A DNA stretch of 64,000 nt from Blastocladiella emersonii ATCC 22665 (lineage: Eukaryota; Fungi; Blastocladiomycota). The notes beneath the pieces were generated by a model. That model was not told where the DNA came from, did no database searches, and saw only the letters and a list, made by a program, of their open reading frames with translations. Positions 22,001-33,277 of the stretch are shown in pieces. The stretch is taken from positions 930,001 through 994,000 of the forward strand of contig JANHCV010000002.1 of assembly GCA_025594325.1 (NCBI GenBank). The letters run 5' to 3'. Both the position numbers and the translations under genes were made by a program. Positions within the stretch are counted from its first letter, which is position 1. Each line of letters opens with the position of its first letter.

Positions 22001-24192
22001 GCTCCGACGACACGTACGCGTCGCGCGGCTTCTGCATGCCCTGCGTCGTCGGCAGGCACTCCATCTCGCCGAGGATGCTGAGTACAACGGCAGCCTGGTT
22101 GGCGGGCAGGTTCGGCATCGCGCGCGCAAACACGCCGAGCGCGTCGGCCCACGCCTCGGGCGTCGGCAGCAGGTTGGGCGTGTCGCGGACGTGCGCGGCC
22201 CAGTCGGCGACCGTGAACTCGGTGAACCCGAGCCACCGCAGCGTCGAGTCGTCAAACTTCTTGCTGATGGCGAGCGGCAGCACGTCCGTCGGGAACGCGA
22301 CCGACGGCGGGAACCAGCGCTGCGCGGCCCACCGCGCGTACGGCAGCTTGGACCGCAGCGTCGCGAGGTGGTGGTGCGCGAGCGAGCCGCGGTTCGCCGT
22401 CGCCCACTGCAGTACCGCGACCATTTTGTCCTCATCGACGAACATGTCGGGCAGCGCCTGGAACACGTCGGCGACGGCGATGCGGCGCAGCATCTTGGCC
22501 TCGAGCAGCAGGTCAAAGAAGGGCTTGGCCGCCGTGTACACGTCGTTGGCGAGCATCGGCAGGGCGTCGGGCGCGAGGAAGGCGGCGACGGGCTCGTCGA
22601 ACATGCGGACCTCGGACACGAGCCGCACGCCGGCGGTGCTGAGCACGCACACCTCGCGCTGCGACGAGAGGAAGAAGGCGCGCGAGACGAGCTGCGACAC
22701 GGTCGCGGCGGGCGTCGACTGGCGGCACGCGAACACGTTGACGAGGTGCGTGTACTGGTCGGGCGAGATGCGCGCGCCGGGGCTGACCTCGTTGTCGAAC
22801 AGGACGCGGCACAGCGCGCCGCCCATGGACAGCAGCTCGCGGTTCCAGTGCGCGAGCGTCGGGTCGACAAAGTCCATGTTCTCGCGCTCGACGGTCGGGA
22901 TGAAGTGGCCGGCGAGGTGCACCGAGCAGCCCGTGGTCTGGTGGGTGCGGAACCCGATGAAGACGTTGCCCTGGTCGGGGAACGGGACGAGGTCGGCGAA
23001 CACGGACGAGTCGGCGGCGAGCTCCTGGCTGATCTTGTACTCGTCGGCCGTGTTGTAGACGAGGTTGAGGCGGACGACGGCGGGCACGCGCTTCTTGGTC
23101 GTGCGCTCCATCTGCATCTGCAGCTGCTCGGTCGCGTGCACGTTGACGGCGGCGCGCGCGACGCGCAGGAAGATGCTGCACGCGACCCATTTGTACTCGC
23201 GCTGCTTGGGCGGCTTCGGCTTCGCGACACCGAACCAAAAAGCGACCTTGGACGCGAGCCCCTCCTCCTCCTTCTCCTCGACCTCCTGCAGCACCTTGGC
23301 CGTCATCTGGACGTTGCGCATCTCGACGTCGCGCAGCGTGAAGAGGCTCTGCGGCGACTTGCGGTTGGTGTGGCCGGGCACGTCGAGCGGGAACTCGGGC
23401 GACACGGTCTTGGAGATGGCGATGACGTGGTGGTCGTCGAACAGCACGTCGATGGACATGAGGTTCTCGGTGAAGGACAGGCACGCGGCGAGGAAGCGGC
23501 TGAAGTCGTTGATGCGCGGCACCTCCATGGTCTCGCGCAGGTTGATGAGGAACGAGGTCCACTTGCGCTCCTCGGCCGTGACCGAGTCGGGGACCGCGGC
23601 GTGCTTGGAGAAGAGCTGGTCGCCGCGCCAGAAGAAGCCGAGGCAGTAGTCGCCCGACGTGATGAAGGGCTCCTCGCACACGCTGAACAGCGAGTAGGCG
23701 CCGACGCCAAAGAAGCCGGTGGTCTCGCCCGGGTTGCCCTCGGCGATGCTGGTGATGCGGTGCCAGTCCTCCTCGCGGAACGGCACGCCATTGTTCTTGT
23801 AGGTGATGGAGGTGCAGTGCGTCGGGAGCGAGCCGGGCTTGGCGTCGGGCGGGAGCGGCGCGCACTTGAACTCGATGCGCACCTTTGAGGCGCCCGCGTC
23901 GTTACTGTTCTGTGCAAGCTCGCGGTAGATCGTGTACTGATCGATCGGAGACGACATGATTAGTTCCTGTAAAATCGCGTCCGATTAGGAGGAAAGCGCA
24001 CCTCGGCCGAGTAGCTGCAGGTTAGGGCGCGTCCGTGTGAAGGAGAAGTCAGCCCGCCGGCGTCGTGAACGCACGGATGATAAACGAGACGTCGTACCGA
24101 GCCAGGATCTTGTCAATGAGATGGCGCTGGTTCACCGAGACGCCGGAGACGACGCCATTGGCGAGCAGCGTGTCGCGGAGCTGGCTGTCCAT
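19062..24192 (-). CDS. Sacsin-like GHKL (HATPase) protein of the fungal DUF3684 type with C-terminal HExxH motif; includes 13-nt micro-exon 24014-24002
   Basis: Spliced N-terminus HLIDKILAR-YSAE-YTIYRELAQNSNDAG, plus NNG..F, EGNP and FGVG GHKL boxes. The last exon (19062-about 20275) ends with FAHELGHN...HNADHEFY. Confidence 0.85.
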
Positions 24193-25287
24193 GGCTGCAG
24201 CGAGTGGCGGGCGCGGCGAGAGTGTCTAGACCCGCGGAGACGATTGCATGGGCTTTGCAAGTTGCATGGAGGCTGGTTAGGCCGTTCGATGATGACAAAG
24301 CGTCGGAAGGGAGGGCGAGAACGGCGACCTTCCCTCCGCCGCGGCGCGGTCGCGAGGCGCCCGGCCTTGCGCCACCCTCACGTGAGCCACCACTCCATGA
24401 ACGACGCGACGCGATCCGTGCGTTCCGCCAGCTCCGTCCACCTTTCGCCGTTCGCCTTCAACTCGCTCGGCCGGCCCGTTGAGACGCGTTGCGAAATGAC
24501 GTGACCGCCACGCGAACCTGGTACATGAACCGCGAGACGCTTTCCCACCGGGCCGCTTCGCTCACGCTCTCACATCTCATGCGACTCCGCGGACACGGAT
24601 GCAAGCAAATGGAAGGCGACTGGATGCAACGAGCCGAGCTCCGCAGCAGACACGCGTGGCTCCGCAGAAGTGGACCCTGCCCTCGCGCCGGCGTCCCAAC
24701 GTGCCGCAGGCGCAGCACCCGGATCTCGCGCGGTGACTAGAGCTGGCCTCTAAATCATGCCGTGTTCTCCTGTCGATCTTTCGGGAAGGTGTCGTCTAGC
24801 TCCCAACGCCAGCTGGCGAGGGAGCCAAGCTGCACGCGTGGCCGCGATCGGGATCGCATCGCTGCCGCACGGGAACCGGATCTAGCGCGCCGATTGGAGT
24901 CGGCAGCTCAATCCTTCGGCGGTGTGTCCCCTCCATTGCTGCGGCAGCAGCGAGATCCGCCCTCGATCGGAACGGGAGGCAAGCTGCCTACGCGGCTCCC
25001 GTTCGTGGCCGCGGAAGTGGATCCACGCGCTCCCTTGCTTCTCGTCGCACACCGCGCTCTTCTCGCTGCCTTCGACGCTGACTCCCGACCCGCGCGCGTG
25101 GCAGAAGCTCACTGTCGCCGCCTCCGCCCTCGCCGTCCCCACTCTCGACCCGTCCCGCCGATACATAGCGGCCGCCGCCCCGCATCCCTCCCTCTCGATT
25201 CGACCGCGAGCACCTCCCAGTTCTCTCTCCCCTCACTTGCACCCTTGCACACCTTCCCCTCCTCACAACCCATCCCCCTTCTTCACC

Positions 25288-25560
25288 ATGACCGGCTACG
25301 GCTACGGCGGCGACTCGTACGGCAGCTACGACTCGGGCTACTACGGTGACGACTCGGGCTACGGCTCCTACGACTCGGGCTACTACGGCGACGATTCGTA
25401 CGGCTCCTACGACTCGGGCTACTACGGCAACGATTCGTACGGCTCAGGTCGGTTTCCACGGCAAAGCTTGAGATCAAGAGAAGGGCGCGGTCCATTCTGC
25501 GCAACCTTTCGCCCTCGGGACTCGGGACAACGATATACATGGACCAATGTGACTTTGTGA
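25288..25560 (+). CDS. Small Gly/Tyr/Ser/Asp repeat protein (3' end uncertain)
   Basis: ATG in CACC context after a pyrimidine-rich leader. Three GC3-biased YGSYDSGYYG(D/N)DS repeats. A possible donor (GTCGGT) follows the repeats. Confidence 0.5.
   Translation: MTGYGYGGDSYGSYDSGYYGDDSGYGSYDSGYYGDDSYGSYDSGYYGNDSYGSGRFPRQSLRSREGRGPFCATFRPRDSGQRYTWTNVTL
25309..25447 (+). repeat. 3 x about 39-42 nt coding tandem repeat (YGSYDSGYYGDDS)
   Basis: TACGACTCGGGCTACTACGG(T/C)(G/A)ACGA(C/T)TCG is directly visible three times. Confidence 0.9.
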
Positions 25561-26489
25561 TCATGGGCTTGGAGCGATGGATTCGCGTGATTTAGTGGGG
25601 TGAGAATCGACGGCGGCTGGGATCTGCAGCGTTGAGCCGGAGCATGACCATCTTCTTCAAGGACGACGCGTGGCCGCTCGCGCCGACCTGACCTACCGCG
25701 ACGGCGCTGATCCTCGGCTCTCGGCCACGACCACGACGCGTGCTCACTTTGTGCAACCTCGCGCCCTGGCGCGTCGGCGTGGCGGGCCGGCCTGATCAGC
25801 GGGCGTACTTCTTCCCTCGGGTCTCCGCGGCGACCCGACACACCGACCCGAGAAGCGGCCGGGTCGCCAACCGGCGCGAACGTTTCTCTTCCTTCACGGC
25901 GCGGAACGGAGTTGGTCGTAGTGAGCGAGAAGACCTTGACGACGATGCGATCCACGGCCGTTCCATCACGACCATGGCCATGGCCGCGGCCACGATGATC
26001 GGCCTCAACGCGTCGCGGCGCTCACGCGGCGGCGGCTGGCCCGTCCGTTGTTCGCCATCTCGCGCGCACTCTGTGATCCGCACGCACGTGCAGGCTGTCC
26101 CCCGAGGTCATGTGCTTCGCTGCACGACGGATTAATCGCAGCAAAACATCACGATCACGGTCGCAGGGGGGAAGGGAGACACTGTTTCCCGCCGCTTGCG
26201 GCTTGAACTGTATCCCAAACCGCTCGCCCACCTTTTTTTTTTCACGACAACAAGGCGACTGGCAGGAACATGTACCACGGCGCTGCTGGCCACTCGGCCG
26301 GCCGGGGTGCGCTGGGTGCAGGCCGGCCGGCTGTCCCCTCCCTCCCGCCCGCTCGCTCGCTGCCCCCGCGGACCCCCCAACCATGTCCAAGTTCGAGGAC
26401 GCGGTCTGAGTTGCGTGGGGCGTCTTGGTCGCACGGCGCGAGAGAAGCTACTGTGTTGCGCGCCAGCCTTCAATTTCGCGAGCCTCGGC

Positions 26490-27257
26490 TAGCTCGCACG
26501 TTGACAATGGCCTCGTCGCGCAGCTCGTCGCGCGTTCTGAGAAATTGCGTCTTGAATGTGACGATCGTATCGTCATCAGGTCAAGATGAGCTTTCAATAT
26601 AACCAACAGCTGCAACTTCCGCGTCTATATTCTTTGTGCGCAACTCTAGCGCGTGCTGGGGCTGACGTGAGCGGAGAACGGGGCAGATCACAGAAATGTG
26701 ACGCTGAGCTCAAGTCCTGGGACCATGCAACAAGGTCATCGTCGACTAGGCCTCAGCGTCAAGCCAAACTCGAACCGTCCCGCTTCGCTTCGCGTCCGCC
26801 ACGAGGGCGCGATCGTGACGAACTTGGCGCCGACCGAGCGCGCCATACCGGCGATCAAGTCAACGGCTTCAGCCGAGGCCACGTCGGCGCGGAACACGAG
26901 CTTCTCGAGCTGGCGGTAGGCGCCGCGAGTGCCGTCTGGACCGAGCTGCGCGGAACTGAGTCCCTCTATGTTGAAGGTCAGGAAGTCGAGACCTGACACG
27001 ATCTTCCTGTTCGCGCGAACCGTGCGGGCGCCGAGCTCGCGGACGGACGCCCTTGTGGCCGTCGAGAAGCAGCGCCTTGCACGTGTCGCAGCTAGATAGT
27101 AGTGCAACTCATTAGCGGGCAATTCCGCAAAGCGGGTCGACCGTTGACAACGTGCTGGCGCCGCGAATTGAGGCACATGGCGTAGGAGCAGAGTTCGCGG
27201 CCCAGACGGCGCGAGACGAGCGCGTTGCGCCTCACCGACCTCCACGGCAACACACAC
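26490..27257 (-). pseudogene. Possible decayed coding sequence
   Basis: A 173-codon ORF lacks a good ATG and is followed by coding-like segments broken by stops. No recognisable family. Confidence 0.25.
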
Positions 27258-27340
27258 GTGGGTGGCGCAGGCGGCCCCGCATCTCCTTGCCGATCCGTCT
27301 CGCGGCCCGCTCCCTCTCCCCCCTCCACCAAACCACTACC

Positions 27341-27988
27341 ATGGAACCCTACACTTTAACCGCCGGCCCCTTCACCATCGAGCTGACGGAGCGCACCGAC
27401 ACGCAACACCACGGGACGACCGTGTGGCCCGCGGGCGAGACGCTCGCGCACTACTTCACGTCACTGGCGGGCAAGTCTCGCACTTCCTCGGTCCAGGGCA
27501 AGCGCGTGCTCGAGTTCGGGTCCGGGACAGGGATCCTGGCCGTGGTCCTGGGCCTGCTGGGTGCCGAGGTCACGGCGACGGACCAAGACGTCCCGGTGAT
27601 CCTGGCCAACCTGCGCGCGAACGTGGAGCGCAACCGGCCGCCCGCCGGGTACGACGTCACGGTGCTGCCGCACAACTGGGGCACGCCGCTGTCTGCCGAG
27701 ATCACCGAGGGCGGACCGTGGGACTACATCATCGCTGCGGACTGCGTGTACACGCCCGAGCCGCTGCCACTGCTCATGGCGTCGATCGACGCGGCGGCGG
27801 GTCCGCGGACGACAGTGCTGGTCGCCATGGAGCGCCGCGACCCGTACGTGACGGGCCTGTGCGTGCAGACGGCCAAGGAGCTCGGGTTTGACGTGAGCAA
27901 GGTGCCGCGGAACAAGCTCAACCGCGACGTGGCGCACGAGAGCATGGAGGTCTATAAGATGGTGCGCCGGAGGGCGCCGCGTGCCTAG
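27341..27988 (+). CDS. METTL21/Efm-type protein-lysine methyltransferase (Methyltransf_16)
   Basis: GTTVWPAG, RVLEFGSGTGI, VTATD, HNWG and DYIIAADCVY motifs; intronless. Confidence 0.9.
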   Translation: MEPYTLTAGPFTIELTERTDTQHHGTTVWPAGETLAHYFTSLAGKSRTSSVQGKRVLEFGSGTGILAVVLGLLGAEVTATDQDVPVILANLRANVERNRPPAGYDVTVLPHNWGTPLSAEITEGGPWDYIIAADCVYTPEPLPLLMASIDAAAGPRTTVLVAMERRDPYVTGLCVQTAKELGFDVSKVPRNKLNRDVAHESMEVYKMVRRRAPRA

Positions 27989-28032
27989 GTTGCGCACTGC
28001 AAGGAGAATCGCTAGTTTATAAACAGTATCGC

Positions 28033-29604
28033 TCACTCGTCGTTGTCGTCGTCCAGTCTCTGCTTCTTGGCCGCAGCCGCCGCGCCGTCAGCCGCCTCGG
28101 CCTCCTCCTGGCGGCGCTTCTTGGACTCGAGCTTCTCGGTCTTGACGCCGACCGTGTCGCACCGGTTGCGCGAGAGGAGCGGGAGGTGCTTCTTGCCCTT
28201 CTTGTGGGTCGACACGACGGGGAAGAGGGCGCCGTTGACGCCCCACGGCAGCGTGTCCATGGCGAGGAGCGGGTACACGTCAGCAAAGGGGACGAGGTCT
28301 CCGTCGGTGCGGCCCTCGCGCAGTGCCGCAATCGACTCACGCGAGAGGCCCGACGAGGTCTTGGCGGCGGGCACGGGGACCGACTGGGCCATGAGGTTCT
28401 TGAGGAGCAGGTCGATGGCGAGGGTCTGGATGCGGTGCGTCTCGTACATGGTGACGAGGTGCTTGACGAGGCCCGAGAAGGCGTGGAGCGGGTCGGCGGG
28501 CGAGTCCGAGTACCGCCACTGGACGCCGGGGAACCCGACCTCCCACAGGACGAGCGGGAGTTCGGGCGCGAGGTCGTACTGGGGCTTGGCCGGGTGCTTG
28601 GTGACGTCGAGCAGGTCCGCGATCAGGCTCGGCTTCTCGGACCCCTGGCCGACGAGCAGCAGCACGTGCACCATGCACCGGATCTGGTGCCACAGGAACG
28701 CGGTGCCGCGGATCGTCAGCGTGTACCAGTGGTGCGGGAGCGCGGGCGACGGGTGCGTCGCGGCCGCGTCGCCCATGGTCGGCGCCGTGGCGCCCTCGGT
28801 CTCAGGCTCGATGGACGCGTGCAGTACGGTGCGCTCGTAGTTGCGCACGGGTTTCGCGGGGTCGATCTTGCAGAAGTTGCGGAAGTCGTGCGGACCGACG
28901 AACGCGGCGGCGGCCTCTCGCATCGCAGCAATGTCGAGACCGAGGGCCGGGAAAAAATACTTGTAGGTGCGGTGGCTGCACGAGAAGCGCGCCGTGAAGT
29001 CGTCGGGGACGGGCGCCCACGCGAGCACGCGGATGTGCGCCGGCAGCGTGCGGTTGAGCATGGTCACGTACGGCAGCTCGTTGCTGTCGTCGGTCTGGCC
29101 CGGCTGCACGCGCGACCGCACGATCAGCGACACGGCGTTGCCCGTGGCGCTCACGCCCTTGTCGGTGCGCCCGCACCGCGAGTAGTCGGCCTGCGTGATG
29201 TCGTCGACGAGCCGCGTGGTGCGCAGCGCCTCGAACAGGTGGTGCTCGACCGTGTTGGTGGTGTGCGCCTGCGCCGCGAAGCCCTGGTACGGCCACCCAA
29301 AGTACGACAGCAGGAAGGCGACGCGCCGCTTCGGGTGCAGCGCGAAGTCGAACTCGCGGTTGCCCTTGGCGAGCTTCTTGATGCGGCGCGTCTTCTTGGG
29401 GTCGATTTCGGTCACATCGGCCGCGGCTGCGGCGGCGGGAGCCGGCTCGGCTGCTGTTGGTGCGGTAGCAGCAGCGGGCGCTGGTGGTACGGCCGCCGTC
29501 AGCGCAGTAGCAGGGGCCTTGGCGGCCTCGAGCTGGCGGATGCGCGCGACGAGGTCTTCCTTGGACCACGCCTCGTAGTTGTTGTTGTTCTTTGGCTGAT
29601 CCAT
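28033..29604 (-). CDS. PUS3: tRNA pseudouridine 38/39 synthase (TruA family)
   Basis: YEAWSKEDLVARIRQLE, FDF...KRRVAF, SRCGRTDKGVSA (catalytic Asp), HDFRNFCKID and GTAFLWHQIRCM are typical of Deg1/Pus3. Confidence 0.93.
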   Translation of the reverse strand: MDQPKNNNNYEAWSKEDLVARIRQLEAAKAPATALTAAVPPAPAAATAPTAAEPAPAAAAAADVTEIDPKKTRRIKKLAKGNREFDFALHPKRRVAFLLSYFGWPYQGFAAQAHTTNTVEHHLFEALRTTRLVDDITQADYSRCGRTDKGVSATGNAVSLIVRSRVQPGQTDDSNELPYVTMLNRTLPAHIRVLAWAPVPDDFTARFSCSHRTYKYFFPALGLDIAAMREAAAAFVGPHDFRNFCKIDPAKPVRNYERTVLHASIEPETEGATAPTMGDAAATHPSPALPHHWYTLTIRGTAFLWHQIRCMVHVLLLVGQGSEKPSLIADLLDVTKHPAKPQYDLAPELPLVLWEVGFPGVQWRYSDSPADPLHAFSGLVKHLVTMYETHRIQTLAIDLLLKNLMAQSVPVPAAKTSSGLSRESIAALREGRTDGDLVPFADVYPLLAMDTLPWGVNGALFPVVSTHKKGKKHLPLLSRNRCDTVGVKTEKLESKKRRQEEAEAADGAAAAAKKQRLDDDNDE

Positions 29605-29956
29605 TGCGTTACATGGGCTCCCGGGGGAGACGGCCAGAAGTGGGCGTGGTCGCGGCGGCGAGGGACCCTTGCGCACGTAGTGCGGGCGGTAGAAGACGCG
29701 GTGCAGGTGGACGAAGGCCGACGATGCGCGGTGGTGGACGGGCCGGGCGACGACTACGGCAGCGACCGTGGCCGTGGCCGCGACGAGCGAAAGCGGTGTC
29801 GATCGCCACATGTGGTGCGCACGTGTGGTGTCGCCACGCGTCTCGAGAGAGAAGAAGCGCCACGCCGGCCGCGCCCGCGATTTGACGTCCTCGCTCGGCC
29901 ACTTGCAACGCATCAACCACGCCAACACAACCCGCAACGCACCGACGCACCACACC

Positions 29957-30361
29957 ATGTTCCTCGGGCTGTGGATCATCAACAAGGCGGGCGGACTGAT
30001 CTTCCAGCGCGATTTCGGCGAGTCGCTGGCGCGGCTGTCGACCAACGACTACCTGGTGCTGGCGGGCACCTTCCACAGCGTGCACGCGATCGCGTCGCGC
30101 ATCTCGCCGGTGCCCGGGTCGTCGGGCATCGAGACGCTCGAGACTGACACGTTCACGCTGACGTGCCACCAGACGCCGACGGGGATCAAGTTCCTGGTCG
30201 TGACCTCGCCCGGCCACGCCAACATCGCGGGCCTGGTGCGCCAGGTGTACGACCTGTACGCCGACTACGTCATGAAGAACCCCTTCTACACGCCCGAGAT
30301 GCCCGTGCGCTGCGAGCAGTTTGACGCCAACCTGCTCAAGCTCGTCAAGGCCGTCAACTGA
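29957..30361 (+). CDS. TRS23: TRAPP complex subunit Trs23/TRAPPC4
   Basis: IINKAGGLIF, LSTNDYLVLAGTFHS, YADYVMKNPFY.PEMPVRCEQFD. Confidence 0.95.
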   Translation: MFLGLWIINKAGGLIFQRDFGESLARLSTNDYLVLAGTFHSVHAIASRISPVPGSSGIETLETDTFTLTCHQTPTGIKFLVVTSPGHANIAGLVRQVYDLYADYVMKNPFYTPEMPVRCEQFDANLLKLVKAVN

Positions 30362-30549
30362 GCTTTTTGACCGACACGCAACCTGTAAATATACGCCCCC
30401 CTCGATACTTGTGTGATGATGAACAAGAACCGCGAGTATGTTTGAACTGGAATCGGATAGGGCACAAATTGACACAAACGACAACAACGACGACGACGGC
30501 CAGGACCGGGTGGCCACGGGCGACCGCGACCGCGACCACGACCACGGGC

Positions 30550-31391
30550 TTAGCAGCACGACCCCGAGGCGGCCGCGGGCTTGGCGCCGCCGCCGGTAAT
30601 GTCGATCTTCTTGTCGTCGTCGGCGGGGCCCTGGGTGTCGATGAGGCGCTTCTTGATGTCCTTGGCGAGCGAGAAGAAGGCCTCCTCGACGCCGATATTG
30701 GACTTGGCCGAGGTCTCGATGAACTTGACGCCAAACTCGTCGGCGAGCTCCTGGCCCTGCTCCTTGGAGATGACCTTCTTCTCGGTCACGTCGCACTTGT
30801 TGCCGACCAGGATCTTGTTGACGCCGACCGACGCGTGCTGCTCAATGTTACGGATCCAGTTGCGGATGTTGTTGAAGGACCGCTCGTCCGTCACGTCGTA
30901 GATGAGCAGGATCCCCATGGCGCCACGGTAGTAGGCCGTGGTGATGGTGCGGAACCGCTCCTGCCCCGCCGTGTCCCAGATCTGCAGCTTGATGCGCTTG
31001 CCGTCCAGCTCGATGGTCCGGATCTTGAAGTCGATCCCGATCGTCGTGATGAACGACGGCGTGAACGAGTCGTCCGTGAACCGCAGCAGCAGGCACGACT
31101 TGCCGACGCCTGCGATTCGTTGATGTCCGTGAGACACACATACACGGCGAGGCGAGGCGATGCGGGCGGCCGCGACGGTGAGTATCATGCCCGAATGCTC
31201 GCTGTGCTGCTGCTCCTGCTGCGAGGCGCGCGCGCCGCGACAAGTGCTGCCCCGCCATCACCGTGGCTCCACTTGCGCACGCGCGCGCCCCGCCCGCCTC
31301 GCAGCACGACACGCGCTCACACGCACGCACCAGAGTCGCCGATGAGCAGGAGCTTGATCAGGTGGTCGTATGTGGACGACTTGGCCGCCAT
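30550..31391 (-). CDS. SEC4: Rab GTPase of the Sec4/Ypt2/Rab8 group; intron 31330-31110
   Basis: [65 protein letters not shown], and C-terminal CC prenylation motif. Confidence 0.92.
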
Positions 31392-32134
31392 GGTGGTGGA
31401 CAGAGTGGGTGGGGGGAACGGGTTGATGGGGAGATGCGAGGTCGACAGAGGACCGTCGTAGAGCGTGTGTGTGTGGGATGCGTGCAATCACCGAGCAGGG
31501 CGGGCCGGTGTCGGCGAGGAGCGGGGAGAGGGACCGTCGAGGGAGGGTCGCGCGCAGGTCAAAGTGGCGTCGTCAAGCCGGAGGGAGCGAGCGCGTCGGT
31601 CTTTCGTCGGCGGCGGTGTCGCTGGTGGCGGCGGTGCGTGATGCGTCAAGTTGCGTTGCTACGTGGACGTGTCCTAGCGAGGCACGATTTTGGGGGAGGC
31701 GAGCTGAGCGCAAGGGGGAGCGAGCGCCGAGCTGCGCGCCGCGGCGCCGCCCCAGCTGGAAAACGACGCGCGCGCGAGAACGAAGCCGCGGAACAAGAAG
31801 GCAAAAATCGATCACGCTCGCGCACCTGACCGCGTCTTCCGCGCGCTGTCTCGCGTCTCGCACCGCTGCCCCTCGCATGTCTCGCACGCTCGAGCTCGCG
31901 GCGCGTCGACTGGTTCGGCAGCAAGCGTCGGGAGGCGCCAAAATTATCCTCGAGAACCGCAAGAAGACAACGAGGCCGCGATCAGGTCGGTCGATGATGA
32001 TACACTTGTATAGGAGGGTAGAAAGGGGTAGCCATGACGGAGGGACAAACGAGAGGAGCGGTAGGTCGGGAGAAAGACTGGGGAGGACGAAAAAGGGCGC
32101 CCGGCGCGCCCGCGTCAGAACACGGCGACGACGC

Positions 32135-33277
32135 TCACAGGTCGGACCCGATGCCGAATAGCACCTTGCACGCCTCGTAGGTCCAGAACGAGACCATGGA
32201 CATGGGCACGACCTTGACATAGCCGATCGACAGCCCGACAAAGAACCCGCGCAGCCCGTGCAGCGAGTAGATGTGGCGCGCCGTCTCGGCCGTGGTGCGG
32301 TACACGCGCGCCTCGTACGACTCGACGTGGTAGTGCCCGCCGACCTGCATGCGCCGCCGGATCACCTCGAGCGGGTACGACACGGTCTGCGAGATGGCCC
32401 CCGCGAGCCCGCCCGCGACCAGGTGCACCGCCGACGGCGACCACTCGGGCGCGACCCCGTGCAGCCGCTGCTTGGCCAGGTCGTACACCATGAACGACAC
32501 GCCCGCGTACGGGATCATCCCGTACACGGTCGGCAGGAACCCGCGGTAGAAGTTGCTCAGCTGCCCGAGCACGGGCAGGTGCGCGCCCACGTGCGGCCGC
32601 TCCCGGTACATTTTGCCCAGCAGCGCCCGCAGCGAGTGCGGGTCGTTGCTGAACGCCAGCCGCACCCGGACCACCTCGAGCGGGTACGTCATGAACACGG
32701 ACGTGACGCCCGCGAGCGAGCCCGCTGCGAACCGCAGTAGTGGCGACGGCTTGCTGCCGTCCTTGGGGAACAGGAGCTACGCGCGTGCGTGCGAACGTCA
32801 GTCTCGAATCGCCCGACCAGCATCGAGAAGAGGACATACGTGGTTGTACTGCTCGACCGCCATAAACTTGATCGCGGCGTACGGGAAGATGCGGATGAGC
32901 GTGGCCGAGTGGCCCTGGAACAGGCCGTACACGCCGTGCCGCGCCTTGATCTCGCCCGCCGCGCGCAGCATGCCCTGGAACGACCCGCGGTGGTGCGCAA
33001 ACGCCGGCGAGTTGGTCTGGAACAGGATCTTGACCCGGTCCAGCGGCGCCACTACCGACTTGGCCGCGCACCCGGCGATCCCGCCCGCCGCAAAGCTCTT
33101 CCACGCAAAGTCGAGCGACATGGGGTTCGTGTTGGTCTTGCCATGGCCGCCGCTTGCGTGTTCAAGTGGTGGTGGCGAGTGCGCGACGACGGGGACGGGG
33201 ACGGTGGGGAGGAGAGCGGGGCGAGCGGCAGGCGGCACCGGTGAACTCGATGGCGGCGCAGCGTGCAGGGTCGTCAT
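32135..33277 (-). CDS. LEU5: Mitochondrial carrier, Leu5/SLC25A16/A42 (CoA carrier) type; 2 introns
   Basis: Three Px(D/E)xx(K/R) repeats (APLDRVKILFQT, YPLEVVRVRLA, YPLEVIRRRMQV) and GHSATLIRIFPYAAIKF. Confidence 0.85.

Noticed and set aside
21144-23888. 914-aa plus-strand ORF, and other very long antisense ORFs (5490-7133, 17039-18466, 43466-45052, 55857-57626, 61567-63327)
   Set aside because: These are shadow ORFs antisense to real genes. Strong GC3 bias removes stops on the opposite strand, and the translations are R/G/A/V/L-rich with no motifs.
25291-25447. Regular repeats that could suggest a CRISPR array
   Set aside because: There are no unique spacers, the units are in-frame codon repeats, and the context is eukaryotic with no cas genes. 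The same applies to 54536-54674.
27070-27115. ELHYYLAATRARR resembling UvrD helicase motif VI
   Set aside because: No other helicase motifs (Walker A/B) nearby; probably chance or an unrecognisable relic.
28033-30045. 5' extensions of ORF-track entries (PUS3 to 30045, dioxygenase from 39797, URA4 to 43595, METTL from 27152)
   Set aside because: They run through promoters or neighbouring genes. Homology and ATG context begin at 29604, 40415, 43292/43199 and 27341 respectively.
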